Assembly (NCBI RefSeq): GCF_001194135.2
Contig: NC_068986.1
Location: 113,732,048-113,796,047 of the forward strand
Reading direction: 5' to 3'
DNA from: Octopus bimaculoides
Taxonomy: Eukaryota
DNA: 64,000 nt
Positions 52,626 to 63,664 of this stretch are shown piece after piece; the stretch's first letter is position 1, and every line of letters starts with the position of its first letter. The position numbers and the translations under genes were made by a program. The notes under the pieces are model-generated. The model worked only from the letters and a program-made list of their open reading frames with translations. It searched no databases and was not told the DNA's origin.

Positions 52626-53103
52626 CGAGGGGTGTTCATTAAGGTTTTCCCCTGATCCACTTGCCAAGGACTGCGATAAACTAAATTGGGCATAATTATT
52701 AGTCCTTTCCTACATAGCCACCACCAATTTCTCCAATTTCTGCAGAAGAAAAGCATAATACACCCCATTAATTGTGGTACACTATGCCAGAAACTCCATG
52801 AACACTACTCTCCGTTGGTTCCAAAAGAGAGCGTCACCTTGCTTGCTAAGAGTTGGAGACGAGCCTTCTTTGGAGGGGGTAAGTTATCAAGCGCCCATTG
52901 CTTAGACTAGACTTCAGTCTCAGGATCATAGTGACTGGCCCATGTTTCACTCTGTATGATAAGTTAGCCGAAAAAGTCCTCCTCATTTTCTTGACCTGAG
53001 AGCAATTGACTTGTTCCTGCTTCTGAAAAGGTGTGAGCATCCAGGGAATCCATCGTGCAGACAAACGTCCGCATGTACACAGACATACAGGAAGTATATA
53101 GAC
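52626..53103 (-). mobile_element. mariner (DD34D-type) 3' half with internal deletion and TIR
   Basis: LSARWIPWMLTPFQKQ, SETWASHYDPETE, KARLQLLASKV..F..TINGVYY; TIR CGAGGGGTGTTCATTAAG preceded by TA at 52624-25. Confidence 0.85.
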
Positions 53104-54066
53104 ACATGTAATAGTCCAGTGGATTGAGATCTGGGGAATTAGAAGGCCAAATGTTAGGGGTTATTTTCAGCCATCCATTTTCAGCGATCAATTCCTCTGT
53201 TACTAGAGCCATGTGCGATAGTGCAGAGTCTTACGGAAACACATATGGTCTTCCATTGCATACACTGTCTACCTAGGGTTTAACAGTTGTTTCCAGGGCC
53301 TCAATGTAGGCGGCAGATTTAACTCTAAGACCTTGAGGAAAAAAGTAAGGAGGCATCATATGTCCTTCATTGCTGAAATCCCCTATAACTATAACGGTTG
53401 AAGTACATTTTGTATGCATTACACTTGGAACTTCAGTAGAGTCTGCACAAAACCATCTGTCATTTGTTCGGTTAAGTTTTTGATCTTGGACGAAGTTTTT
53501 CTCGTCTGAAAAAAAAACAAATGAAATCTTCTGCTGGATTTTTTCTGTTTGTTTAAGAGTCTTTATAGCTGATGTAGTGATTTTTCCTTTCTTTTTTCTA
53601 ACAAATTGGCCTTTCCACGTCATATAAGATTTATATTTGATGTCTTCATGGACAGCATTTCTGACTGTTCCTTTTGATACGTGGAGATCTTCTGCAATTG
53701 ACCTCGTGGATTTCTGGAATTATAATCAATGCTCTGTTGAACTTGCTGGATAAATTCAGGTGTTCGAATGATTTCAGGGCGTTTAGAATGCTTTTTTATG
53801 CTTTCAGATTTGTGATACGTTTCCATCTTCAGTCTGTAGCTCCTTACAAACTTTGTAGATGAAAGATCTGGCAATTTCTAAAACTCGAGATATTTCTTAA
53901 TCGCTATGCTCAGCCTTTTATAACCACAATAACAGCATGCCTCATTATTTCTTGAGTAAGCTGAGGGTCTGTCATTATTATTTCCTGAAACAAAGATTAT
54001 ACACAGTTAGCAAAACATGCAGCAATGACCCAAAAAGATATGTCCTCAAATACCTTACGTACCCTA
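53104..54066 (-). mobile_element. Tc1/mariner transposase of maT/DD37D-like type: 5' end through WPSNSPDLNPLDY
   Basis: ATG at 53975 (MTDPQLTQE..RHAVIV), FFSDEKNF..NRTNDRW, MPPYFFPQGLRV, WPSNSPDLNPLDYY; 5' boundary approximate. Confidence 0.85.
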
Positions 54067-54111
54067 CATATATATACATACAAATATATATATATATATA
54101 TATATACACAT

Positions 54112-54162
<51 letters not shown>

Positions 54163-54673
54163 CAAATATATATATATANNNNNNNNNNNNNNNNNNNNNN
54201 NNNNNNNNNNNNNNNNNNNNNNNNNNNNNNNNNNNNNNNNNNNNNNNNNNNNNNNNNNNNNNNNNNNNNNNNNNNNNNNNNNNNNNNNNNNNNNNNNNNN
54301 NNNNNNNNNNNNNNNNNNNNNNNNNNNNNNNNNNNNNNNNNNNNNNNNNNNNNNNNNNNNNNNNNNNNNNNNNNNNNNNNNNNNNNNNNNNNNNNNNNNN
54401 NNNNNNNNNNNNNNNNNNNNNNNNNNNNNNNNNNNNNNNNNNNNNNNNNNNNNNNNNNNNNNNNNNNNNNNNNNNNNNNNNNNNNNNNNNNNNNNNNNNN
54501 NNNNNNNNNNNNNNNNNNNNNNNNNNNNNNNNNNNNNNNNNNNNNNNNNNNNNNNNNNNNNNNNNNNNNNNNNNNNNNNNNNNNNNNNNNNNNNNNNNNN
54601 NNNNNNNNNNNNNNNNNNNNNNNNNNNNNNNNNNNNNNNNNNNNNNNNNNNNNNNNNNNNNNNNNNNNNNNNN

Positions 54674-54714
<41 letters not shown>

Positions 54715-55450
54715 TATGTGTGTGTGCGTACGTGTTTGCATGTTTATATCTGTTAGTGTATCGATAGCTAGCTAGATAGAGATTTACATATATATATGTA
54801 TGTGTGAGTGTGTGTGTACATAATATATACATGCCGTATCTATCCCAGCACTTCCTATACGGAATTTTTATAATACTGTAGATTATATAATCTGAGAAAC
54901 ATGTTTTCAATATTGATTATGTGTTAGGAATGAATGTGGCATCAAGAAACACGCTGTAAACATGTTTATAACAGCCATACACAATTAAAATTCATAAATG
55001 TTAATATACAATTTAATTAAACCAAAAATTATATATGCATACATACATATATATGTATGTATTCAATCAGACACACAACACACACATGTATATATTATGT
55101 CTGTATGTATGCATGTCTGTATGTTATGTATGTATTATGCAGGAATGCATACATGCATGTGTGCGTGTGTGTGCATTATACAATGTCTAGAATATGTTCT
55201 TCTTCACATTATTGAAAATGTGTCTCTCCAGCTGCTTTCACTGTTCCAGTTCTATTCAAAACATCCTGTTAAGTAATTCATTCTTTCACGCAGGTTGTGT
55301 GTGAATGTTTATAATTCCATGCGTGCCTGCCGCTCGTGGTTCAGATAATACTTGCGTGACCGCTCACTGAAAACTACTCTTCCTCTTCTATATGTGTGTG
55401 TGTGTGTGTGTGTGTGTTTGTAGGTGTGCGTATGCACGCATGTAAGCATT

Positions 55451-55840
55451 AGTGGCTGTGTGGTAAGTAGCTTGCTTACCAACCACATGGTTCCAGGTTT
55501 AGTCCCACTGCGTAACACCTTCGGGAAGTGTCTTCTACGATAGCCTCGGGCAGACTGGAGCGTGAGGAATTTGGTAGGCGGAAACTGAAAGAAGCCCGCA
55601 CTATGCACACACATATATATGTGTGTGTATGTGCGTGTGTGTGTCTGTGTCTGTGTTTGATCCCCACCATCGCTTGACAACCGATTTTGGTGTGTTTACG
55701 TCCCCGTAACTTAGTGGTTCGGCAAAAAGCTGATAGAATAAGTACTAGGCTTCCAAAAAAAAAGTCCTGGGTTCGATTTGTTCGACGAAAGGCGGTGATC
55801 CAGCATGGCCGTAGTCAAATGACTGTAACAAATAAAAGAA
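55451..55840 (+). mobile_element. Type B (CORE-like) SINE
   Basis: AGTGGCTGTGTGGTAAG..GGTTTAGTCCC..ACACCTTCGGGAAGTGTCTTC..CCAGCATGGCCGTAG. Confidence 0.93.
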
Positions 55841-56280
55841 AACTTTATGCCATCACGACAATAGACACCTCCAGGTTTTCAATCTCTATCCAAAACCCTT
55901 AAAACGAAATCGAAAGTTCCATCAGTATTTCATTCGGACCGGAGACTGAGAGAAGCGGAAAATAAACTCTAACTAACTGTGGAATTGATATAGGAAGCAA
56001 TTTAGTCTTTATTCAATGTTTTCCCACCCATATTTTTTTACCCCAATTTGTTCTAACACAGAACATTCAAATATAAAAATTACTTTCAATTCTAGAATAG
56101 GTTTTCGCTCTCTGGACCAATTTTGTTTTAAGCGCATCTCTTACACAAAAAACACCGGTGGGAAATCTTCACATCAGCATCGTCGGGAAATGGCTGCATG
56201 CATTTTGTTTTCACTTCTCACTCTCCTTCTTTCCTCTACTTACAAGAATTCTCCAACAGACAATTTGGATTTAGCTTTCT

Positions 56281-56496
56281 ATTCAATACTGGTTACAAAT
56301 TTTGGCAGAATGCCATCCTTTTCGTTGGTAGTGGTGCTGGTGCTAGTGCTGCTAGTGCTGGTGGGCAGGGTATCTTAACTGGTACTTATTTTCGCGACCC
56401 CGAAAGAATGAATGGCAAAGCTGACCTCGGTGGAATTGGAACTCAGAACGTAAAAATTGACGAAAGGCTGCTAAGCATTTTTCCAACCCTCCGCCC
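56281..56496 (-). mobile_element. Type A SINE with an inserted (GTGCT) repeat
   Basis: CTGGTACTTATTTTCGCGACCCCGAAAG..GAACTCAGAACG. Confidence 0.8.
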
Positions 56497-57705
56497 TATC
56501 TAAAAATTGAATATCGACAAATATTTTACACAGAGAGAAAGTTAAAATGCAGAATCACACATACTGCGAGTGTACTTTGTTTATCTAGACGTGCTTATTA
56601 AACTTAAGAAACTGTTGCAGTGACCAAGTCGATAACTGTAGCACCACAAACTCTAGTTATCTTATTTTCCACTAACGTGGACGGTTTTGTATCTCTCTAT
56701 CACTTGTTTCGTTATCACTTATTGATGCCTCTGAGATTAATATGTAACCGTTATTTACGGCAGACACGATTTTGATGTGTGTTTTCTGCCAACTCTCTTG
56801 ATAATAGTTTGGTATCCAAGAGTCTGCAATAATGCAGGTAAACTTTAATAAAAGTAGGTGGAAAAAAGCGACCCGCAATAAGGCCAGGTATGTATGGCAA
56901 ATTCTGAGCGTAAAGGAGGCTGTAATCCCATTGATTTGAATGAGCCATCATGAGCGCCGATTATAGGATGAAACTAGTAAAAGCATATCAATAAATAGTA
57001 ATGAATATCATTAAATGTATGCACCAATAGACTTGGGCCTGGATGTCCATGCGTTTCTATGCGTGTAATTGTTTGTGGCACTTACGAACACACATTCGTG
57101 CACACACATGTACGCCTATATTGCTTCGGCAAGCGTGTATCTATCTATCTATCTATATATATATATATATATTTATTTACATGCATACATCATATATGTA
57201 CACAGATATGCATACAATTAAGTACATCTATATATACATACAATTAAGTACATCTATATATACATATGTAAATATGTATATGCATATACCTATGTATATG
57301 CATATACCTATGTATATGTATGTTTCTATTCCATACTCATATGTGTGTGTATATATATGATTTGTGAATGTGAACATGTGTGTACATGCCTTATTCCTTT
57401 CGAAAATAATCGATTCCTGACCAAGATCTGTCTATTCTATATAGAATTAGGTCAGAACAAAGCTGAAGATTTCTTGTCAAAACAAAACATCAAATTGAAT
57501 TCGGGATGTCATGTCTTGAAGTCAGGATAAAAGACACAGAATGGAAAGTCATGTTGAAGCAGTGAACGGTAAATATGTTAATATAATATTATAATCATAA
57601 CCAACTCCATCACCACTACTATCAACAACACCACCATCGCCAGCAACACCACCACCACTATCACCACCATCATCATCATCAGCATCTTTAATACTTATTG
57701 CTGTT

Positions 57706-57910
57706 GAATCTTTAGTACCGTGGACAAAATGTTTAGCGTATATCTTCCGGCACTTTACGGTCTAAAACACCACTGTGCCCTACTTTCCCTTTCATCCATT
57801 CAGGCTCAATAAAAATAAGTAGAAGACAAATACTGAGCTCCTTGTAATCGATTATCTCCTTCGCCAAATTTTCTGCCCTTGCACCTAGAATAGAAAGATT
57901 TATTATTATT
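57706..57910 (+). mobile_element. Degraded type A SINE
   Basis: CTTTCCCTTTCATCC..ATAAAAATAAGTA..CCTAGAATAGAAAGATT tail. Confidence 0.6.
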
Positions 57911-58359
57911 ATTTGTGGTTTCCTTTCATTATAACTTTATTTCATCCGTTTTCTATAGCCCCTTCGTATAGGTTCACTTTCTAAGTAGCACTCCATTACT
58001 ATCCTGTTTCATTCGCTGGTCCACTTCCTCCTCCTCACACAATCATCTGCTGATGCTCTCTTATGATAGCAGCTGTGATCAGTCTGCATCTTTACTGAAC
58101 CACTGCCGAGCGAGAGGCCATCTCTTAAAGGTCCAACCTTATTTTCGCTGTTACAACCAGAGTTTCTTGGCAAACTCCTGTCTCTCATAAACTGAGGTAA
58201 AGTAACGTTCGTCACCATCGTCATCGCCACTATTACTTTTCGACATTTGATAGTTTCAAGTAACTTTCTATTGCATCACTTGCTGCACTTTTGTGATGGT
58301 GAGATGTGTGCTTCATTTTTTCTTTTGTTGTTGTTATCATCATCATCATTATTATTATA

Positions 58360-58752
58360 GTATGCGTCCGTCGGTCTCGAGAGACCATGCATCTGCGCCC
58401 GAGGAAATCGTGCTAGCTGATGATGATGGTGCAGCGTCTGTTAAAGCTGTACAGGCCCACAAGCGAGTAGCGGTCCTGCATACAGCGACTACATTTGAAG
58501 GAGCTCTCTGTCGGTGATGATGACTTTTTCGTTCCGCTGAGTGTGCTTTGATGGCGAGTAACTGTTTTCTTCTGCTCTCCTCATTCCCTTTCGCAGTATT
58601 TGCCTCAAGTGTGGGCAATCATTTCCAACCTCCTCCCATCCCAGAACGTCCAGATCAAGCACCTTCATATCTCTCTTAAAGACATCTTCTAAACGAAGAT
58701 GAGGCCTGTGCCGGTATCCAAAATCCCTATACAGGAGGTCTTTTGGGATCTT
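58360..58752 (-). mobile_element. 5'-truncated RTE LINE 3' end
   Basis: IPKDLLY..RPHLRLEDVFKRDMK..WEEV, a C-terminal C2H2-like motif, 3' UTR ..GAGACCGACGGACGCATAC and a (TAA/TGA)n tail. Confidence 0.88.
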
Positions 58753-59490
58753 TTCAATTCCAAATTCTTTCTGTCTTTTGGGCAGTATTTTGAGTGTTTT
58801 TCCAAATGCACCATTTACTACAGCAAATATTGTTGTCTTGGTCTTCCACACTCTCCTCAGCTTTCTGACCAGATCCTGCGAATTCTCAGTTTTGTCTTTT
58901 TTTCATTTCTTTAATATCGATTGCTGTCATAGAGAATTGCAGAATCTATGATCTTGTATTGTTGAATTATTTTGTCCTGTATAATGTCTGGTCTTCTTTC
59001 CTCAATAGTATAGTCAGTTTCGTAATTCTCATTTTCTATCACAACCTCTGGATCGTGCTGATACCAGCTTTCTGTTCTTCTGAGGCTACACACCCATCTA
59101 ACATCCCAAAGCACTCTTTTGATCACACAGTCCTGTCTGTACTTGTATTCATTCTGTGTTGTTATACTGTACTCACTCAAAATGTACTTTATACACTCGT
59201 CTCCTTTTACATTTGTTGTCTGATTGAAACATGTCGATCTTTGCCTTGATTAGGTTTGTTGTTCTAAGTTGTTGTTCCTGAGCGATTATAATTAATGTAT
59301 CTGTTTCCAGTTTCGAGTTTCTGTCCGTCAACCAAAGACAGCGGTCTTTAATTCCAGCACTTTCGGTTTGTTGCATGAATTAATCTTGCAGTTCCATTTC
59401 TTTCTATTTGTTCATTCTGTTGTTCTTCCTTTTCTCTTTGAATTCTTCTGCTGTTTCACTTAATCTTTCCGTATTTTTGGCTCCGTTATC
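58753..59490 (-). mobile_element. R4/Dong-like C-terminal fragment
   Basis: KLETDTLIIIAQEQQLRTT..KCK, EYKYRQD, WYQHDPE..ERRPDII, WKTKTTIFAVVNGAFG. Confidence 0.88.
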
Positions 59491-59630
59491 GATTTTTTTC
59501 AATATATATATAAGCAAGAACGGAGTAGAGTGAGCGGCCGCCAGAAATAGAAAAATCCATCATTTCAGAGAACAGCATTTTTCAAGAGATAAATTTGACG
59601 CTAAATCCACAAGTTTTTATTTTTATTATT

Positions 59631-59768
59631 CTCTCTTTGTGTATTTCATCGTGTTCCTTTCTGTTGAAAAGAGTAGGCTCGAAACGTAAAAGCCTTTCTC
59701 ACTTTCCTGAGCGTCAAACTAATACACCTGACTTCATCTTATGTTTTCCTCTAAATTTCAACCATATA
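59631..59768 (+). mobile_element. Short Penelope-like terminal-repeat fragment carrying an HHR motif
   Basis: HHR motif followed by ..GAGCGTCAAACTAATACAC.. tail; family assignment is inference. Confidence 0.55.
59657..59692 (+). ncRNA. Minimal type I hammerhead-like motif
   Basis: CTTT-CTGTTGAAAA-GAG-TAGG-CTC-GAAA-CGT-A-AAAG. Confidence 0.6.
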
Positions 59769-59789
59769 TATAGATATATATATATATCT

Positions 59790-60087
59790 ATTTCAATATA
59801 TAGTCATTGATGATAGAATGTGAGGCCCTTGTATGACTCTTGGGCTCGGTGATAGTTTTGCACATTCTGTTGTATAATGCACACCTGTGCTGGCAGGCAG
59901 AAGGAACAGGTGCTACAGGATGTACTCTTTTGACATGCCTTTTCAGTCCTCCAACTGAGAGGCACAACATTCTACACGTTGCACATGTTCTGCTGTGAAC
60001 AAAAGCCATATCACAATTCACGATGAGGCGATTCCTGCGAGTTCTGACCAGGCCTGCACGACTTCCGCATAGTGATCTGAAAGATAT
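59790..60087 (-). mobile_element. Probable RTE-like LINE 3' end with repeated C2H2-like motifs
   Basis: LCGSRAGL, CATCRMLCLSVGGLKRHVKRVH, CALYNRMCKTITEPKSHTRASH; no TGEKP linkers; abuts (TAA)n at 60088-60167. Confidence 0.5.
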
Positions 60088-60261
60088 ATAATAATAATAA
60101 TAATAATAATGACGATAATAATAATGATGATAATGATGATAATGATAATAATAATAATAATAATAAATGTAAAAACAAACGGGTGAGACCTCGCTACTAG
60201 GGAACTAGACGATTATTTATATGTTATAATTTAGAACAAACTGTAAAAGGTTGTCATTATA

Positions 60262-60325
60262 TTAGTAGTACTCGGAGTTTCAAGTGTCGGAGCGAAGAGC
60301 TACGATACATTCTCGTCAGCTATTG
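60262..60325 (-). ncRNA. Type I hammerhead ribozyme motif with canonical core
   Basis: TAG / CTGACGA (60319-13) / 31-nt stem II / GAAA (60281-78) / ACTC-C-GAGT / A17 (60269) / CTA. Confidence 0.72.
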
Positions 60326-60880
60326 TTGGCAACAGACGCTATGAAAAACCGTTAAATAAAGGGGAAGTAACTCTCATAGACGGGAAAAAAAGATTAAAAA
60401 AATGCACGCAACCATATTCTCACAATACATAGACATAAACCTCTTGCGTTCGCAACGTCTACATACGTACACACTCACACAAACATGTATACGTACATAT
60501 GTGTATGCGGGAGTGCGAATATACGTATATTTATACGTATAAATGTCTAAATATATATGTATTATGTTACGTGTATGCATGGAAGCACCTATGTGTATAT
60601 GAGAATGTGGTTATATACATATATACACACATATATATATACATGTGTGCGTGTGTGTTTGCATGTTTGTATGCATGAGTACGATATACATGTATGTTTA
60701 TGTGTGTGTGTGTACGTGTACATGTTTGTGTGAGTGTATATATATGAAGACGTTATGAATGCAGGAGGTTTGTGTCTATGTATTGTGAGAATATGGTTGC
60801 GTGTATTTTTTATCTTTTTCTTTTTCCACCTCTTAGAGTTACTTCCCTTTTATTTAACAGATTTTCATAGAGCCATTTGC

Positions 60881-60942
60881 CATTAAAAGCCGACGAGAAT
60901 GTATCATAGCTCTTTACTCCGACATTGGAGTACTATAATGGC
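60881..60942 (+). ncRNA. Inactivated HHR copy in the right arm (U4C and deletion of AAACTCC)
   Basis: CCATTAAAAG-CCGACGA-GAATGT..ACATT-G-GAGTA-CTATAATGG. Confidence 0.6.
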
Positions 60943-60999
60943 AACCTTTTACTCCGAGTACTATAATGACAACATTTTTACTCTTTGTTCTCAGTCATA

Positions 61000-61068
<69 letters not shown>
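61000..61068. repeat. (AT)n microsatellite
   Basis: Direct reading. Confidence 0.95.
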
Positions 61069-61071
<3 letters not shown>

Positions 61072-61498
61072 GCGTGATTTAATGTATGTGTGTATTTCTG
61101 CATCAATGCTATTCAGAGATGTCGTAGGCGAAAATTTATGATTCTGCTATTCATTGTTGTCTGAAATCACTGTTGATAAATAAAGGACCGAAGGCAATTT
61201 GCTGCATAAATATTCATAAACGAAGTACCGACAGAAACACATTATCACTTACGTACATACGCATTCACATAAACAGCTACACACGCGCGCACACACTAAA
61301 CATACACACAAATCACACATATGATATATTCGTATATGTGTATGTATATATATATATGACAAAAATTTCATAAGCGATATTCATCTATTAGTATAGTCGC
61401 CTTTCTGCACATACTTATAAAATTTATGTTTACAAATATATTATATACAGGCTCTCTTTTCTAATCTACACTTCCCTTCTCATTCTATCTTCCTCTCG

Positions 61499-61580
<82 letters not shown>
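61499..61580. repeat. (GT)n microsatellite
   Basis: Direct reading. Confidence 0.95.
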
Positions 61581-61585
<5 letters not shown>

Positions 61586-62362
61586 CGTGCGATCGTGTGT
61601 GTCTGTATGTATTTAAATAGGCAAACGGAGACGAAAATGACTCAATGCGTAAAGTTATTTATATCAAATGTTATTTGAAGTTGAAGCTTCGTTTCCCCAC
61701 GTAGAGTTTCATCTTCATGCTTTTCGAATGTTAGCCAGATATAAAAGCAATTTCAAAGAACAAATATATTCCTCGATCAGGTAGAAAAATAAAATAACGG
61801 TAAATTATTGTTATTTGGAAAACATTAAACATCAGTGGTTGTAGTGTAAGTGTTAGATATAAGGAAAACGATAAAATTGAAGTATCGAAAAATATATGAA
61901 TACACAAAAGGAGAAATGCGAATCGAAGTAAAATAGGACACACGTGTGTCTATAACATATTTGCATTCATCCATTCATACACCTATTCATGGACGGACCT
62001 ACAAATATACATTGGCAAATGTGCTAATCAACGAGTTGAAACTAAAACTCGATTATATATTTACCAACTCCTATATATGCATACAAACATCTGTATATGT
62101 GTGTGTGAGTGTGTGTATGTGTATGTGTGTGTGTGCTTGTGCCTGTGTGCGCTCTTGTGTGCTTATGTGTGCGCGCGTGTGTGTATACTTATAAATATAT
62201 ATCGCTAAGTTGCGTAGACACAGCAAAATCGGTTGGCAAGCGATGGTGGGGCACAAACACAGACACACACACATATGTATATATACATATATATATTTAT
62301 ATATATATTATACATCTATATATATGTACAGATGTATATATACGTATATACATGTATATCTA

Positions 62363-62450
<88 letters not shown>

Positions 62451-62810
62451 TAATATGTATGTCTATGTGTGTGTGCATATATATATATGAGATAATTGTT
62501 TCAGTATTAAAAGTGAAAGTATCAATCTGAAAACATGTCCCATTACATTTATTGTTTCATTTTTGACACGTAATACTGAAGTAGCTTAAAAGATAAGAGA
62601 TTGCTCCGGGCTCGAATTAGGCAAGAAGTTGAAATTTTGGAGGCCCATAGCAATGCACGGACCCTAAAGAAGGCATGTGTAAAATTTAAATGAAATTGGT
62701 TGGGTAGTTCTCCAGCTTTAGTGATGCACACATGCAGACACACCGACGGAGAGCCACACATTCTCAAATTTATATATATATAGATCTTATCTGCATATAT
62801 CTATCGATCT

Positions 62811-62847
<37 letters not shown>

Positions 62848-62864
62848 TTTTTATATTATATCAC

Positions 62865-63464
62865 ATTATATTATAAAATAAGAACAGGAAAATTACATCA
62901 AAAATTTATCACAGAAGATATACCTCCCAAATAATATTGTATTATTAGATAGATACATAAATATATAAAGTATGATTATTTTAAAAGTTTAAAAGTTTAA
63001 AATATCATCCGATCGTTTCATGAATGTATTACCCTTCGAAATGGAATCTAAAATTGATAATCATTATTAGGTAATACATCCACAAATCAGAGAGAAAGAT
63101 GGTGAATTTTCGTTCAGTAAATCGAATACTATTTAAAAATATATGAAAAGATGTTGTTTAAAAAGTTACTGGTATAGATATGCACTTGTACAATTTTGTG
63201 CTAAAGATTTTGAAGAAATAATAGATATCCGTGGTAAAATCCTCTATGGCTGTGTATGAATATAAATCTCATAATCCTGTTTTCTTCACTGTGTCATCCA
63301 TAAATGCAGAAAAACGATCATAAGATATTTAAAACTTTAACCTTTATAAATAATCATACTTTATATATTTACACATCTATCTATGAATACAATATTATTT
63401 TGGACGTATATCTTCTGTGATAATTTTTTGATGTAATTTTCCTGCTTCTATTTGATAATATAAT
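62865..63464. repeat. Inverted repeat with ~155-bp arms (62865-63018 / 63312-63464) and ~290-bp spacer; the arms begin at an HHR stem III motif
   Basis: Arms align by eye at roughly 85-90%; inner ends read GAAACGATCG (minus strand) and AAAACGATCA (plus strand). Confidence 0.88.
63004..63101 (-). ncRNA. Decayed homolog of the long-stem-II HHR at 14186
   Basis: CATCT..CTGATTT-GTGGATGTATTACC..(36 nt)..GGTAATACATTCAT-GAAACGATCGG; core positions 8, 9, 16.1 and 17 altered. Confidence 0.65.
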
Positions 63465-63664
63465 ATATATAATCGCTCTTATTAAATGTCTAAATACCTT
63501 TAATGTTTTAGACATTTCCCTACCAAGAGCACTTATTAGAAATTCATTATATTGTATTCACATTGAATGTATTTGATTTAACGATATATATATATATATG
63601 TGTGTGTGTGTGTATTTTTGTTTGTATGTATGTATATGTATATTTATGTGTATATATATATATA

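Larger units (their letters stand above)
3693..54673. other. Assembly gaps: 3693-3708, 8241-8823, 12222-12817, 17086-17095, 18312-18488, 31502-31881, 33143-33993, 43395-43415, 43641-43673, 44745-44844, 54179-54673
   Basis: Runs of N; the X-rich long ORFs are artefacts of these gaps. Confidence 1.
60233..60991. mobile_element. Foldback element: two ~270-290-bp inverted arms around a ~200-bp TA/TG-rich spacer, each arm carrying an HHR near its outer end
   Basis: Arms about 60233-60497 and 60710-60991; the inner ~98 bp align without gaps with 12 substitutions. Confidence 0.9.

Noticed and set aside
56808-56887. 80-nt open candidate exon FGIQESAIMQVNFNKSRWKKATRNKA with GTATGT donor
   Set aside because: Weak acceptor, no confident protein match and no partner exons
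60400-60805. Excess of G-U-compatible differences between foldback arms on the plus strand (8 of 12)
   Set aside because: Small numbers, and several are explained by CpG decay in one arm
2178-62530. Numerous ORFs rich in I/Y, C/V, H/T, R/E, poly-H, poly-S, poly-M or X
   Set aside because: They are translations of microsatellites and N gaps
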